A DNA stretch of 64,000 bases from a virus (lineage: Duplodnaviria > Caudoviricetes), in IMG/VR virus record IMGVR_UViG_3300049486_000079, positions 28,841 to 92,840 of that record; one strand, written 5' to 3'. The notes beneath the pieces were generated by a model that had not been told where the DNA came from, did no database searches, and was given only the letters and a program-made list of their open reading frames with translations. Both the position numbers and the translations under genes were made by a program. This document shows positions 19,374 through 29,029 of this stretch, in pieces (position 1 is the stretch's first letter; each line of letters begins with the position of its first letter).

Positions 19374-20093
19374 TCAGACCTCTCTCACACGCGTCGCGCT
19401 AGAGACAAACCCGCCGGTTCTCGTATATGTTATATTGACACGTCCGAGTTGCGTCGTGCCGTCCGCTGCAAAGACCTTAATAAGCTCTCCGGTAACGAAA
19501 CTGCCCGAATACGTGTAGTCGATGCTCTTAATCAACGTCGCGTCGCTCGTCCTTTTCCACTCTTCTTTGGTTACTGTCTGACCGGAACGGGTCACAATGT
19601 AATCGTTCGTAGGCTCCGGGGGCTGATTCTCTAGTAAAAAATCAGTGTCGGTTCCGATGTTGCCGCCCGATCCAATCGCAGAATCAAAATCAGAAATCAG
19701 ACCTTGAAGCGTCGATGCCGCTGAGTTACTAAGGCCTGTAGTGTCGACACCGACTCTCAGCGCCCCTGACTTAAATCGAAAAGCAGCGGAACCACCAGTG
19801 GAAGTAACAATCGACTCGGTCACGTCAAATGTTACATCATCCACCACAACAGCGACCGTATAAGTCCCTGCGGCTGCTGACCCTGAAATGACACATTTAT
19901 CTCCGACCTCAATCGGGTCGTCGCCATGAATAAGCGCAGCCCCTGAAGCCAAGACGACTCTCTTCGTTCCTGAAGTCGTCGAGACAATAGTGGTCCCTGA
20001 GCGAAAGTTAGACGTCCCCGTAGCGGCCAATTCGGCCGCATCGACGAAGTCCGCGTCATCGAGATCGCGAGCACCGGGTCTATTTATTCCCAC
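19374..20093 (-). CDS. Virion structural protein with beta-barrel insert
   Basis: IEVGDKCVISGS..GTYTV domain; fibre-like. Confidence 0.65.
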   Translation of the reverse strand: MGINRPGARDLDDADFVDAAELAATGTSNFRSGTTIVSTTSGTKRVVLASGAALIHGDDPIEVGDKCVISGSAAAGTYTVAVVVDDVTFDVTESIVTSTGGSAAFRFKSGALRVGVDTTGLSNSAASTLQGLISDFDSAIGSGGNIGTDTDFLLENQPPEPTNDYIVTRSGQTVTKEEWKRTSDATLIKSIDYTYSGSFVTGELIKVFAADGTTQLGRVNITYTRTGGFVSSATRVREV

Positions 20094-20505
20094 CGTTCTT
20101 GCTCTTCTTAGGACCGCGTCGTCCTGTTTGATCTTCGTCCTGGCTCATCGCCTGTTGAATACCTAAAGCCTCTTGCTTGGCAAGCTCTCGTTCGAGGCGC
20201 TCTATTTCTTGGGCAGCCTCTGCTTCTTGTTGCTTGACCGTCTGTCGGTTGTACGCAGCAATAGTTTCCACTAAAATAGAGCCCATCATCTCAGCGGCTT
20301 TAATCTGCCCTTTGCATTCTCCTATGAGAGATTGAAGCCGCTCCATCTCCGAATGCGCCTTCAACTTGATGTTGTTACAAGACATCAAGAGCTGAGTCAC
20401 TTGCTGCTGATAAAGCTCAAGACTGACAATGCCAAGGGTCTGGGCCTTCACAAACTCTTCTCGAAGGTTGACAAGAAGACCGTTGAAATCATTGACCATG
20501 TTCAT
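20080..20505 (-). CDS. Coiled-coil hypothetical protein
   Basis: Q/E-rich helical composition. Confidence 0.65.
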   Translation of the reverse strand: MNMVNDFNGLLVNLREEFVKAQTLGIVSLELYQQQVTQLLMSCNNIKLKAHSEMERLQSLIGECKGQIKAAEMMGSILVETIAAYNRQTVKQQEAEAAQEIERLERELAKQEALGIQQAMSQDEDQTGRRGPKKSKNGGNK

Positions 20506-20508
20506 AAA

Positions 20509-20781
20509 TCACCGTATCGAAAAAACGAGCTTACGCGTCTTGGCCATTTTATTCGCAATAGCCATACACTCTTCACAATAGACGCCTTGATGCTCGGGGG
20601 CTAAAAGCTCTCCAGAGGTTCGAAAAAACCGCATCGGAATCGCCGAACCGTCATCCCGGAGAAATAACTCTTTCGAAAAGTGACCTGATTTACACCACGA
20701 CCCTGGTGGGTACTCTACGCTCGATACCAGGCTAAATGAAACAGAAGGACCTTGTTTCTTGCCAGAAAACACAGGAACCAC
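20509..20781 (-). CDS. Small putative Zn-binding protein
   Basis: C-x3-H ... CEEC. Confidence 0.55.
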   Translation of the reverse strand: MVPVFSGKKQGPSVSFSLVSSVEYPPGSWCKSGHFSKELFLRDDGSAIPMRFFRTSGELLAPEHQGVYCEECMAIANKMAKTRKLVFSIR

Positions 20782-20800
20782 CGATAAGGCCTAGCTGAAA

Positions 20801-22279
20801 TCAGGCGTAAATGTAGTAGTTGATGTGATCACCGTTTTTGATCTTGGTATACGGCGTAAAAGACGTAGTAGATGTCTCCGCGTAATCGTTATTATCGACA
20901 ACGGGTCCAGGATCGCGAAGCAGCTTGGTCCAGAATAAAGTCATGTTTTGACCGTTGTTGCTGCCGTCCAAGGTGTACGTCTGGGCTCCGGGTATCGTAC
21001 GAGCGACGTTTGCACTGTTATCCGAGGTGAGCCGCTCGATGGTTCGAACAAACGTCGAACCTGAAATCGCATCCGACAATGCCTGAAGGCTTGCGGTGAT
21101 CGTCTGCCCGTCAGTAAGAATAGAGCCCGTATAGTCACGATTACCAATCTGTGCGTTCAACAGATTGAAAAGCTCGACTACCGTAGGCGTCGCATCCGCA
21201 GAAGCAAAGACGTAGAAATTGCCTGTATTGGTCAGAAGACCGTTAAGGCTTGTAGCACCATCCGCAATCCCTATTGCAGTACGAATATCAGATATGTCTT
21301 GGGACATATCCGCGTCGGCCACAAGGCCGTTGGTCAGTACGGTCCTCAGAGCCGTTTCCGTGAGATTGTCAAGTCGCTCACGAAACCCGTAGTAGTAATC
21401 GACCGTCGTCGGCTGACCTGACTCCCAGGTGTAGGCAACCGAAGTCGAAAGATCGGCTCCCTTTGTGACCGCACGGAACTCAATCTCGACGCTATTCGGA
21501 GACGTAGACGCACCCGCACGGGTGCGTCCAAAAACACGCTTGCCTATATCAGGTCCCGCAAGAACCTCAAGTGCTGCTTCAGTCGCCGGATTTATAATCT
21601 CGACGTAGGTCGCGAGATGGGCTCCTGCATCCGCACCGTCCTGAATAGGAACGCCTGTGCGATCCGTCGCATCCGCATGCTTAAGATTGCCTACGTCTGT
21701 GATTGTATCAGAGGTGTCTGTGGCGGCGACTGTTGCTCCGGCAAACTTCCGATTGACGACCAACGCTTTAGCGTCCGTGGTCTTTCCAGCGATATTTGTC
21801 AGGTTCGCAGCGACGTTGGTGCCTACAGCAGTCGGACGCTGATAAGTCGGCACATCCGTAATATGCGAAGCGGTTCCTTTGATATTCCTTCGATCTGTAC
21901 GAGCGAAGTTGATATCGTCTTCAATCGAATAAGGCTTGGTAATCGTCCACGTGCCTGCAAACGCCTCAGCCACGCCTGACGCATTATTATAAGAAATAAC
22001 GGTACCGCTGGTGAAGCCAACGATCATGAAGGTACCGTCATTCGCAGGTGTTGTGGCGCCAGACAGCGTAATAAAACGCCCTACGTCCTGCGCCGTAAAT
22101 ACGGCCCCTGCATCGGTCAGAGTCATCGTCGGGGCAGTGCCACCAATCGTATCGCCTGTACCGGTGCTAATTTGCGCACCGAGCGCGTTTGACTCGTCGG
22201 TAAGAGTCCGAGTGTTGCTGACGTTTAACGAGCCTTGGATATCAATTTCCTGGCTCAGGTTACCATTCCGTACGGGCAT
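20801..22279 (-). CDS. Virion structural protein (fibre/decoration)
   Basis: T/A/G-rich; FTAQDVGRFITLSGA domain. Confidence 0.7.
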   Translation of the reverse strand: MPVRNGNLSQEIDIQGSLNVSNTRTLTDESNALGAQISTGTGDTIGGTAPTMTLTDAGAVFTAQDVGRFITLSGATTPANDGTFMIVGFTSGTVISYNNASGVAEAFAGTWTITKPYSIEDDINFARTDRRNIKGTASHITDVPTYQRPTAVGTNVAANLTNIAGKTTDAKALVVNRKFAGATVAATDTSDTITDVGNLKHADATDRTGVPIQDGADAGAHLATYVEIINPATEAALEVLAGPDIGKRVFGRTRAGASTSPNSVEIEFRAVTKGADLSTSVAYTWESGQPTTVDYYYGFRERLDNLTETALRTVLTNGLVADADMSQDISDIRTAIGIADGATSLNGLLTNTGNFYVFASADATPTVVELFNLLNAQIGNRDYTGSILTDGQTITASLQALSDAISGSTFVRTIERLTSDNSANVARTIPGAQTYTLDGSNNGQNMTLFWTKLLRDPGPVVDNNDYAETSTTSFTPYTKIKNGDHINYYIYA

Positions 22280-22301
22280 TCGGGAGGTCCATCCTTTCTA
22301 A

Positions 22302-22589
22302 TCAGACAAGCAAGTAGTCGGACTTCAAAATCGACGTCGCAACAGGGGTAAATGAGATAAGCGTTACCGTATCAAATCCCGAGCCGGGACCCCCACTCTC
22401 AGACACATAGAAATCCCCATTTAGAGGGGACAACGTCGCTGTCCGATTGAGTCTTCGTCCGTTATGATACACACTAATAGAGTCTTGCGCAAACTTCTCC
22501 AATGTCAGGAAAGTGCGGTTGATCCCATCGAGTGTGCCCAATAGGGTTGAATCAACCCTCAGCACCAACAATCGACGAGAAGTAGCCAC
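22302..22589 (-). CDS. Small beta-sandwich virion protein (start likely GTG 22589)
   Basis: GTLDGINRTF..SVYHNG.RL..DF..DY motif; AAGGA RBS. Confidence 0.65.
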   Translation of the reverse strand: MATSRRLLVLRVDSTLLGTLDGINRTFLTLEKFAQDSISVYHNGRRLNRTATLSPLNGDFYVSESGGPGSGFDTVTLISFTPVATSILKSDYLLV

Positions 22590-22658
22590 GTTTATGGTCC
22601 TTTTAAAGCCGCGAGCTTGCCTAATGCACACCGCATTAGGACGAGAAAGAGACCTTAG

Positions 22659-25073
22659 CTAAGCAACTTCTGTCGAGACCGTCACAACGCCTTTTGTCAC
22701 AATCTCCCCCACGGAGACAATGAGATTGCCCTCTGCATCCAGCTTCGACGCCGAGACAGTAACACCGTCCGTTAAAAGATGGCCTTCAATTGAGATATTT
22801 CGGAAGACTACGCCGGAAATAACACGCACCGCCTCATCCAGCTCAGACACGTACAGGTCCGACGATGATCTCCCCCTGAGAACTGAATCGACGGCGGCTT
22901 CGACAGCTCTTTGTCCGGCAGTCAGGGCTACTCCACGTAGCCCCACTCTGACTGAAATAACGACACGAACCAGGAAGGGCTCCCCAGAAACTACACGAAC
23001 GACCTGCGTAACCTCTTTTTTGCCGTCCAAATAAGTCTGGAGGGCCTGAATCAGACCCACAGAGGGCGCTGTATAAAAACCAGAGAAATCGGTCGTAAGA
23101 ATGGGGACAGTAACAAGGTTTGCTTTACAATCCGCTGAAAGCAACGTGTCGACGTGTGTTTGAATTTGGGTACAAAGATCTTCTATCTGGCTTGAAGTGT
23201 CTACAACAACAATCGAGATCGCGGAAAGCTGAGCTGTTATATTCGCCGTGTCCGCTGTGATCTCGGTGAGACGATCCGACGCCGTCTTGAGAATCGTAGA
23301 AGCCGTAGTCACATCCAGTCCGACATCGGCAAGCTCGTCCTGTCCCGTCGTTATATTGGTCAAAGCCGTATCGGCACTAGATCCTATCACAGCCGTAAGG
23401 CTTGAGATCGAACCTCCTTGCGCAGATATCTTGTCCCAAAGTGCCTCTAGCTCTGTCCGAGTCTCCGTCGAAAGCCTGTCATTATCGGGAATGTCGACGG
23501 ACGCAGTCGCCGCTGTATTAGCAGATTCGGTAGCGACCACATCCGTAATAATGCAAATAATGTCAGAGGCCGTCACCGACAGAACAGTGAACACCGACTG
23601 GGTCTGAAGCAGCGCTCCCGTGATCTTTATTTTCATCCCCGGAACAACAGAGTCGGCAATCCAGCTTCCAGAGGCCCTCGTGATCGTACGAGTCGTACCG
23701 TTGAAAGCCAGTGAAGTCGTAGCGCTTATTGCGGGAGGCGCTGTGAGAGCGTTCGTCGTGCTTTTCCCTGAGGACGCGTCCGTAGAAACACCGGTCGCAA
23801 CAGACGCAGCCTCAGTCGCTTTCCCTTTGATGTTCCGTACATCGAGTTTACAGGACGCAAGTGCGTTATCGATATTGGTGTTTTTATCGGCTATGTCGCT
23901 GAGATCGTCATTTAGATTGGAAACCTCCGCGTCGATTTCAGTAACACTCTGCGAAGCACTAGCGGTCGCTGCTGTAACAGTCGTAATAGGATCATCGGCC
24001 AGATCGGCAATTTGAGATGTCAGCGTCTGTATCGTCAGATCTGACGTCGAGCCTCGGCTCGGAATCGCCTGTGCTACAGCCACCCTGCCGAAAAGGGGAT
24101 CTGCAAAGGCGCTTGCAAGCGCCTTATGATCATACAACGTAACCGCAACCTGCCGGGTCTTGTATACGAGAGGCGCAAACCTTTTCGCATGAGCGATGTC
24201 TTCTGGATCTGCTCCCCCGACTGAGGGGGCGGGGTTATCAATAGAAAGCTGGATTGTCTGAAAACTTACAACCAGCGGTATAACAGCCCGAGTTATTGTG
24301 TTCTTGAGGACAAGCCCTTGAACCCCGTTCGAAGCCACGTAGGTCACAAGAATAGTAGCGCCGTTAGTAGGGATTGTGCCCGAGGTACCATTCCCAAAAC
24401 GAACAGTCGGAGGATCGTCATTTGCCGCAAATTCAAACTGATCTGAAGAGGTAAACTCTAGGAATTCTTTTTCGACAAACGGGGAGCCGTTGACCGTCAC
24501 AGTCACGCTATTCTGAACAACAAACTTCCCTTGGGGTACTCGGGCGAGCTGAAATACCTGATTCGGAAGACCAGTGGACACAAAAGTCTCAGTAACGGTC
24601 TCGCCCTCATAACAAGCCACGGTCTGAGGACTGCTCAGCCCTGAGAAAGCAGGATAGGTCACAGATCTTGCTGTTTCAAAAATCGTGTTATTGGGTCCCT
24701 GGAACTGAAATCCTTGTGGTATTGTGACCGCAAAAGGCACCGCAACACGAATAGCCACAGTGAGATCGACTGAGGACGCGACGGCCGCGCCCATTTTATA
24801 GCCGAGTTGTCGCGTAAGCCGTGAAACCGCGCCTCGGGTCCGTGCGGTCTCCAGGTACACATCCGTCGCCCGCCGATCGAGGTAGAAACTCAGGGTATCG
24901 TTGCCATACGCCTGAAGATCTAGGAGTACAATCCCTAAGCTTGAAAGAGCAAAATCGTTGAACTCAGCAGCGAACTTGACCTGAAGTCGCGCCTGAAGCT
25001 CGTCAAAGGACGTATCGAAGTCGAAGCCTGTGTACTTGACCCGAGTAATATCAGACGATGCGACAGAAACCAT
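22659..25073 (-). CDS. Baseplate J / gp6-like wedge protein with large insertion
   Basis: YLETAR.R, LGYK, VRFGNG..G.IP, GGADPE and AVT..D motifs. Confidence 0.9.
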   Translation of the reverse strand: MVSVASSDITRVKYTGFDFDTSFDELQARLQVKFAAEFNDFALSSLGIVLLDLQAYGNDTLSFYLDRRATDVYLETARTRGAVSRLTRQLGYKMGAAVASSVDLTVAIRVAVPFAVTIPQGFQFQGPNNTIFETARSVTYPAFSGLSSPQTVACYEGETVTETFVSTGLPNQVFQLARVPQGKFVVQNSVTVTVNGSPFVEKEFLEFTSSDQFEFAANDDPPTVRFGNGTSGTIPTNGATILVTYVASNGVQGLVLKNTITRAVIPLVVSFQTIQLSIDNPAPSVGGADPEDIAHAKRFAPLVYKTRQVAVTLYDHKALASAFADPLFGRVAVAQAIPSRGSTSDLTIQTLTSQIADLADDPITTVTAATASASQSVTEIDAEVSNLNDDLSDIADKNTNIDNALASCKLDVRNIKGKATEAASVATGVSTDASSGKSTTNALTAPPAISATTSLAFNGTTRTITRASGSWIADSVVPGMKIKITGALLQTQSVFTVLSVTASDIICIITDVVATESANTAATASVDIPDNDRLSTETRTELEALWDKISAQGGSISSLTAVIGSSADTALTNITTGQDELADVGLDVTTASTILKTASDRLTEITADTANITAQLSAISIVVVDTSSQIEDLCTQIQTHVDTLLSADCKANLVTVPILTTDFSGFYTAPSVGLIQALQTYLDGKKEVTQVVRVVSGEPFLVRVVISVRVGLRGVALTAGQRAVEAAVDSVLRGRSSSDLYVSELDEAVRVISGVVFRNISIEGHLLTDGVTVSASKLDAEGNLIVSVGEIVTKGVVTVSTEVA

Positions 25074-25082
25074 GCCTCAACC

Positions 25083-25460
25083 TCACGTGCTCTGACTCGT
25101 TGGAATCGGCACGCTCAACGATTCGACACTTTTCGTAAAATCTACGACATATTGTATCGTTACCGTGAGAGTGCTATCCGATCGAGAAGTGGTAATCTCT
25201 AAAACAGAAACCCTGGGCTCGAATCTCGCTAGTGCGAGAGCGACCTCGCTTCTTAAAGCAGCCTCTAAAGCAGGATTGTTGTTCTCAAACACGTAATCGT
25301 GCACATTTGTCCCAAAATCGGGGCGATTAATCCTCTCCAATCGAGAGGTCATGAGGATCTGATACAGACTCTTCTTGAGAAGCTCTCCGTCCGTCACGCG
25401 AGCAGGGAATGAATCGTCTGATGCAATTAGAGGAAAGTCGAAGCCGTAATAGACAGCCAT
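25083..25460 (-). CDS. Baseplate wedge gp25/GPW-like protein
   Basis: ILMT..ER..RPDFG and FEPRV motifs. Confidence 0.92.
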   Translation of the reverse strand: MAVYYGFDFPLIASDDSFPARVTDGELLKKSLYQILMTSRLERINRPDFGTNVHDYVFENNNPALEAALRSEVALALARFEPRVSVLEITTSRSDSTLTVTIQYVVDFTKSVESLSVPIPTSQST

Positions 25461-25481
25461 CAGCTATTTACCTCAAACGTA

Positions 25482-25865
25482 TCAAGGGCACGGTAACTCA
25501 GGGAGCTTCGGAAGCTTCGGAAGCTTCGGCAGACTCGGTGGGGAGAGTAACGGAGGGAGCACAGGTAACGCAAGCTTCGGAAGAGGAGGTGATGGAATCG
25601 AAGGCAGCCCCAACGAGGGCCCCAAAGGCAGCAAAACAGGAAGCTTCGGAAGCCTCGGCAACGAAGGAGGACTCGGTATTGGAGGAAGAATCGGAAGCTT
25701 CAGCGCAGGAAGCTTCGGCACCGGCACCATGCCCAGCCCCAATCCCAGCAAAGCCAGCGAAGGCAAACCGGGTAGTACAGGAAGCTTAGGTAAAGAGGGA
25801 GGCGCAGGAATAGGAGGCAGCACCGGTAAGCTGATTTTTGGTAAAGCTGGAATCGGACAAGTCAT
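25482..25865 (-). CDS. Pro/Leu low-complexity repeat protein (LPKLP)
   Basis: ATG follows upstream stop by 3 nt; LPKLP/PPSLP repeats; Cys near both termini. Confidence 0.65.
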   Translation of the reverse strand: MTCPIPALPKISLPVLPPIPAPPSLPKLPVLPGLPSLALLGLGLGMVPVPKLPALKLPILPPIPSPPSLPRLPKLPVLLPLGPSLGLPSIPSPPLPKLALPVLPPLLSPPSLPKLPKLPKLPELPCP

Positions 25866-25868
25866 AAT

Positions 25869-26324
25869 TCAAACCCAAGGAGGAACAGGAGGTGCAGGAG
25901 GAATTCCCCAAAGACCTGTCTTAAACCACAAGTCTACAGACGTCGCTATGACCGTGGCACCAATAAGCGCGTTGTTAACAGGAGGCATCGGCGGGATCAC
26001 CAGAGGTGCAGGAGGTGGAACCGCAACAGGAACGGACATCCCTGCAAATACTGCTGCGGCAACCGCAAAAGCACGGGGTAAAACCAAAGGCGCCTGAAGC
26101 GGAAGCGAAAACCCAATAACAGCGCCCTTAAACGCCTCTGCTGCGAGGACCGCACGGACCGGAACAAGAGGCGGCGGCGTCAGCACGGTAGTCAGGTAGC
26201 TGCGAACCGCATCAGACCAAAAGAGCGCAGCTTCCGGCTCGTTCTCTGGAAACTTCACAAATCCAGAGAATGTCTTATCCGTAAAGCGACGAATACCATC
26301 TATGAGAAGATTTACGGCGGCCAT
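25869..26324 (-). CDS. Pro/Ala-rich hypothetical protein next to the spike
   Basis: Coupled to the spike gene. Confidence 0.65.
   Translation of the reverse strand: MAAVNLLIDGIRRFTDKTFSGFVKFPENEPEAALFWSDAVRSYLTTVLTPPPLVPVRAVLAAEAFKGAVIGFSLPLQAPLVLPRAFAVAAAVFAGMSVPVAVPPPAPLVIPPMPPVNNALIGATVIATSVDLWFKTGLWGIPPAPPVPPWV
26147..26160. repeat. GGWCC-RYRY-GGWCC site
   Basis: GGACCGCACGGACC. Confidence 0.75.
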
Positions 26325-26325
26325 C

Positions 26326-27279
26326 CTAGATCTTTACCTTTACGCTATTCGATAACAAGGTCGGGGGCGCCGGAACAACTGGAGGCGTAGAAGGCCCGAA
26401 CGCTGTCAGGTGAACGTGCGTATTCAGCCAGGCCAAGAGCGGCTCACCGAGCACTGCTTTCAAAGTCGCAGCGTCCCCAAGATAAACACCTCCACTCTTG
26501 AGATTCACCGAGGGCGCTGTTACAGCAACCTCGGAACTGCCTATTACAGTCACCTTGCCATTGTCCAACGACACTGAAGACTTGCCGTCCCCACAAACAA
26601 CAGAAATCGCGCCCTTCTCCGTGCTGATAATATTGCTATTCTCGTCGGCTACGACCACACGCTTGTTCTCAGCGTCGAGGTGCACACGCGTCCCATTCTT
26701 ATTGAAAATAACCACATCGCCGTTAGGCATAAACATGATGCCCGACGCGTTCCCTTCACCTCGGTTAGAAGAAACCTCGCTTTGTTCGAGCGAATCATCC
26801 CCTGGCGCAGTCCTGTGCCATAAGATCTTCAACGACTCGTTGCCGTCTTCATCACTCCAAATAATCTGATGCCCCTTGCGGCTAATAAACCCACGGGCCT
26901 CTGGCTTCTTGTTTTCCGCCTCTGCCCCGCTACCTGTGTAGGCAAAAGCACTGGGAATACTCGTGGTAAAGAAACCGCCAAAATATAAATGAGGCCAGTT
27001 CGCGTCGCCATTTTCAAACTGAATCCAAACCCAATCCCCTACCTCGGGCGGATTAAAAAACCCTCGATCAGGGCCGCTCGACATCGCTGCCGCATCGAGC
27101 CAGACATTCATAGCCTGATTGCCTGCGAAGCCTGGGCATAAAACCTGAACACGACCTCGCCCCTCGGGATCGTCATTGCGAGTGACTTGAGCCCTGTAAG
27201 ATCCATAAAAACGACGAATAGAAAAGTGCTCAAGCCCGAATGATTTCAGGTTCTCTAAGAAAGTACGAAAATCAAGCAC
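26326..27279 (-). CDS. Baseplate spike (gpV / gp5-OB / VgrG-like)
   Basis: DPEGRGRVQV, P.VGD.VW..FE.GD motifs, beta-helix, terminal THVH metal-binding motif. Confidence 0.92.
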   Translation of the reverse strand: MLDFRTFLENLKSFGLEHFSIRRFYGSYRAQVTRNDDPEGRGRVQVLCPGFAGNQAMNVWLDAAAMSSGPDRGFFNPPEVGDWVWIQFENGDANWPHLYFGGFFTTSIPSAFAYTGSGAEAENKKPEARGFISRKGHQIIWSDEDGNESLKILWHRTAPGDDSLEQSEVSSNRGEGNASGIMFMPNGDVVIFNKNGTRVHLDAENKRVVVADENSNIISTEKGAISVVCGDGKSSVSLDNGKVTVIGSSEVAVTAPSVNLKSGGVYLGDAATLKAVLGEPLLAWLNTHVHLTAFGPSTPPVVPAPPTLLSNSVKVKI

Positions 27280-27337
27280 AGCGTCTCCTTAGAGAGTCTT
27301 CGTATAAAAAGTCTAAAGCGTTCGCGAAAAAGATCTA

Positions 27338-29014
27338 CTAAGGTCCCGTCACTACAGTTCCACTAGTCACAGGAGGAGATCCGTCAGCGACCTGGATAAC
27401 TGTCCGGGTAGCCGGATAATACCCCTGGCCGGGCAGTAACCTAACTACCTTTCCCTTCGGAAGAGTAGCTCTTTCTCCAACCTTGAGTCGAAACTCGACA
27501 ACCTCGACCGACTCCTCTTCCGGCATGACCTTTACAGTCGAAGACCCACTGGTGCCCGATCCTGACTTATCATTCATAATCTTCGCAGCATGATCCGAAG
27601 AGCCGCCCGTACCCGATCCTGAGTTATCATTAGTACTCGTCCCTGATTGAGTATCTGATCTCTTGAAAAGAGCCTGCGTATTGCTCCACGCAGTCAACGA
27701 CGTCGAAAGCCCTGAAGCACCTGCGGTGTGCGTGACAGTAAAAACACCGTAGTTGCCGACTTTATCTCCTGAAATACGCCCGCCCAAACCGCGAACATTG
27801 ATTACATCCCCAGGAGAAAGATCAGGGATGCCTAGCGTGGTGATCTCAAGATTGATGCCCATGGAAGTCCTAGCACGATCGTACTCGTTCTGTGCGATTG
27901 CTGCCGCCTGTGCATTCGCAACATGAACCTCAACAGGTTCTTTAGGTAAAGCATCGCTCCCTGTTACTGCTGCCTTAACAGGAGAACCTGTTCCAGTCGA
28001 AACCCCTGTCTTTGCATCAATTGTTGTTGGCGGAGAAAGCGCCCCCGTAGTAGGGTCGAAGCGCGTCAAACTATACCCGGACGAAGCCAGTCCTTGCGCC
28101 CTAGGTAAATAAGCCGCCACTGTAGGAGATGAAACCTCCATGATTGGGAATATGTAACTGGAGTCGTTGCCGGGACCTGATGTAGGAATAAGCCCGAGGC
28201 GCCCTCCGTTAAAATTATAAACCTGAAGAATAGCCTTGGGCTCCCCAGCTAGCCTCTCATTGCGTGCCGAGATATAAAGAGTAGCGCCCTCGAAAGACAA
28301 CCAACAGTTGCACTCCTTCGCAATCTGCCACATGGCCTCCCAGTCCGTACGATCTCCCCCGCTCCAAAAAGCAACAGGCGCCTTTAATTTTGCTTTTGCT
28401 GCTTTCGCCGCAGGATCACTAGAATCATTTATACGACTGAAATCTAGACTGAGTTTACTGTCTCTGGCTACCTTTTTGTGGCGATCGAAAAGTAATTGCA
28501 ATATTGTCTCGAACGTATGATTCGAACCCTGGAAGGTGTTCTGTGATGCCGTACGAAGCATCGAGAAGCCGCCGACCCCCTGCGCGTTCAGTGTGATAGA
28601 TATACGGGGCCCGATAGCAATCTGGGGCTGAACGGTGAAACCTCTCCATGTGGGACCTGTAACGACCTGATTATTGTCCGTATTTACGTAGCCCATACGA
28701 ACTTCGATGAAAGAGTTCGCAAATTCTACCAAGGTAGAATTTAGAATCGCGATTCCTTCCTCGTAGGGAGGCTCCATCCGAACAGAAATTCGAGGCACGT
28801 CGCCAAGATTATTCTCGACGCTGATCTCAGTCACATAAGGAACACCGTTAGCGCGCCAGAGTATGTTCGTAGGATCCGACGGCGCAATCCTGCTGCCTAT
28901 ACCCTGCTTGTTCGCCCAGTCGACCCACAAAGGGGTTTGATTCCCATCCGCGTCTATGTGGACAGCCCGCATAAAGGGCGCATAGAAATCGTAGGATGTT
29001 CCCGTAATTGGCAT
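27338..29014 (-). CDS. Baseplate hub (gp27/gpD-like)
   Basis: TDW...IA, GIPDL.PG.VI...GLG and GNY.V..VTH motifs. Confidence 0.8.
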   Translation of the reverse strand: MPITGTSYDFYAPFMRAVHIDADGNQTPLWVDWANKQGIGSRIAPSDPTNILWRANGVPYVTEISVENNLGDVPRISVRMEPPYEEGIAILNSTLVEFANSFIEVRMGYVNTDNNQVVTGPTWRGFTVQPQIAIGPRISITLNAQGVGGFSMLRTASQNTFQGSNHTFETILQLLFDRHKKVARDSKLSLDFSRINDSSDPAAKAAKAKLKAPVAFWSGGDRTDWEAMWQIAKECNCWLSFEGATLYISARNERLAGEPKAILQVYNFNGGRLGLIPTSGPGNDSSYIFPIMEVSSPTVAAYLPRAQGLASSGYSLTRFDPTTGALSPPTTIDAKTGVSTGTGSPVKAAVTGSDALPKEPVEVHVANAQAAAIAQNEYDRARTSMGINLEITTLGIPDLSPGDVINVRGLGGRISGDKVGNYGVFTVTHTAGASGLSTSLTAWSNTQALFKRSDTQSGTSTNDNSGSGTGGSSDHAAKIMNDKSGSGTSGSSTVKVMPEEESVEVVEFRLKVGERATLPKGKVVRLLPGQGYYPATRTVIQVADGSPPVTSGTVVTGP

Positions 29015-29029
29015 AGACTGACCTATCTC

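Noticed and set aside
25409-25789. EASEAS-repeat plus-strand ORF
   Set aside because: Mirror of the LPKLP gene; the minus-strand ORF fits operon spacing
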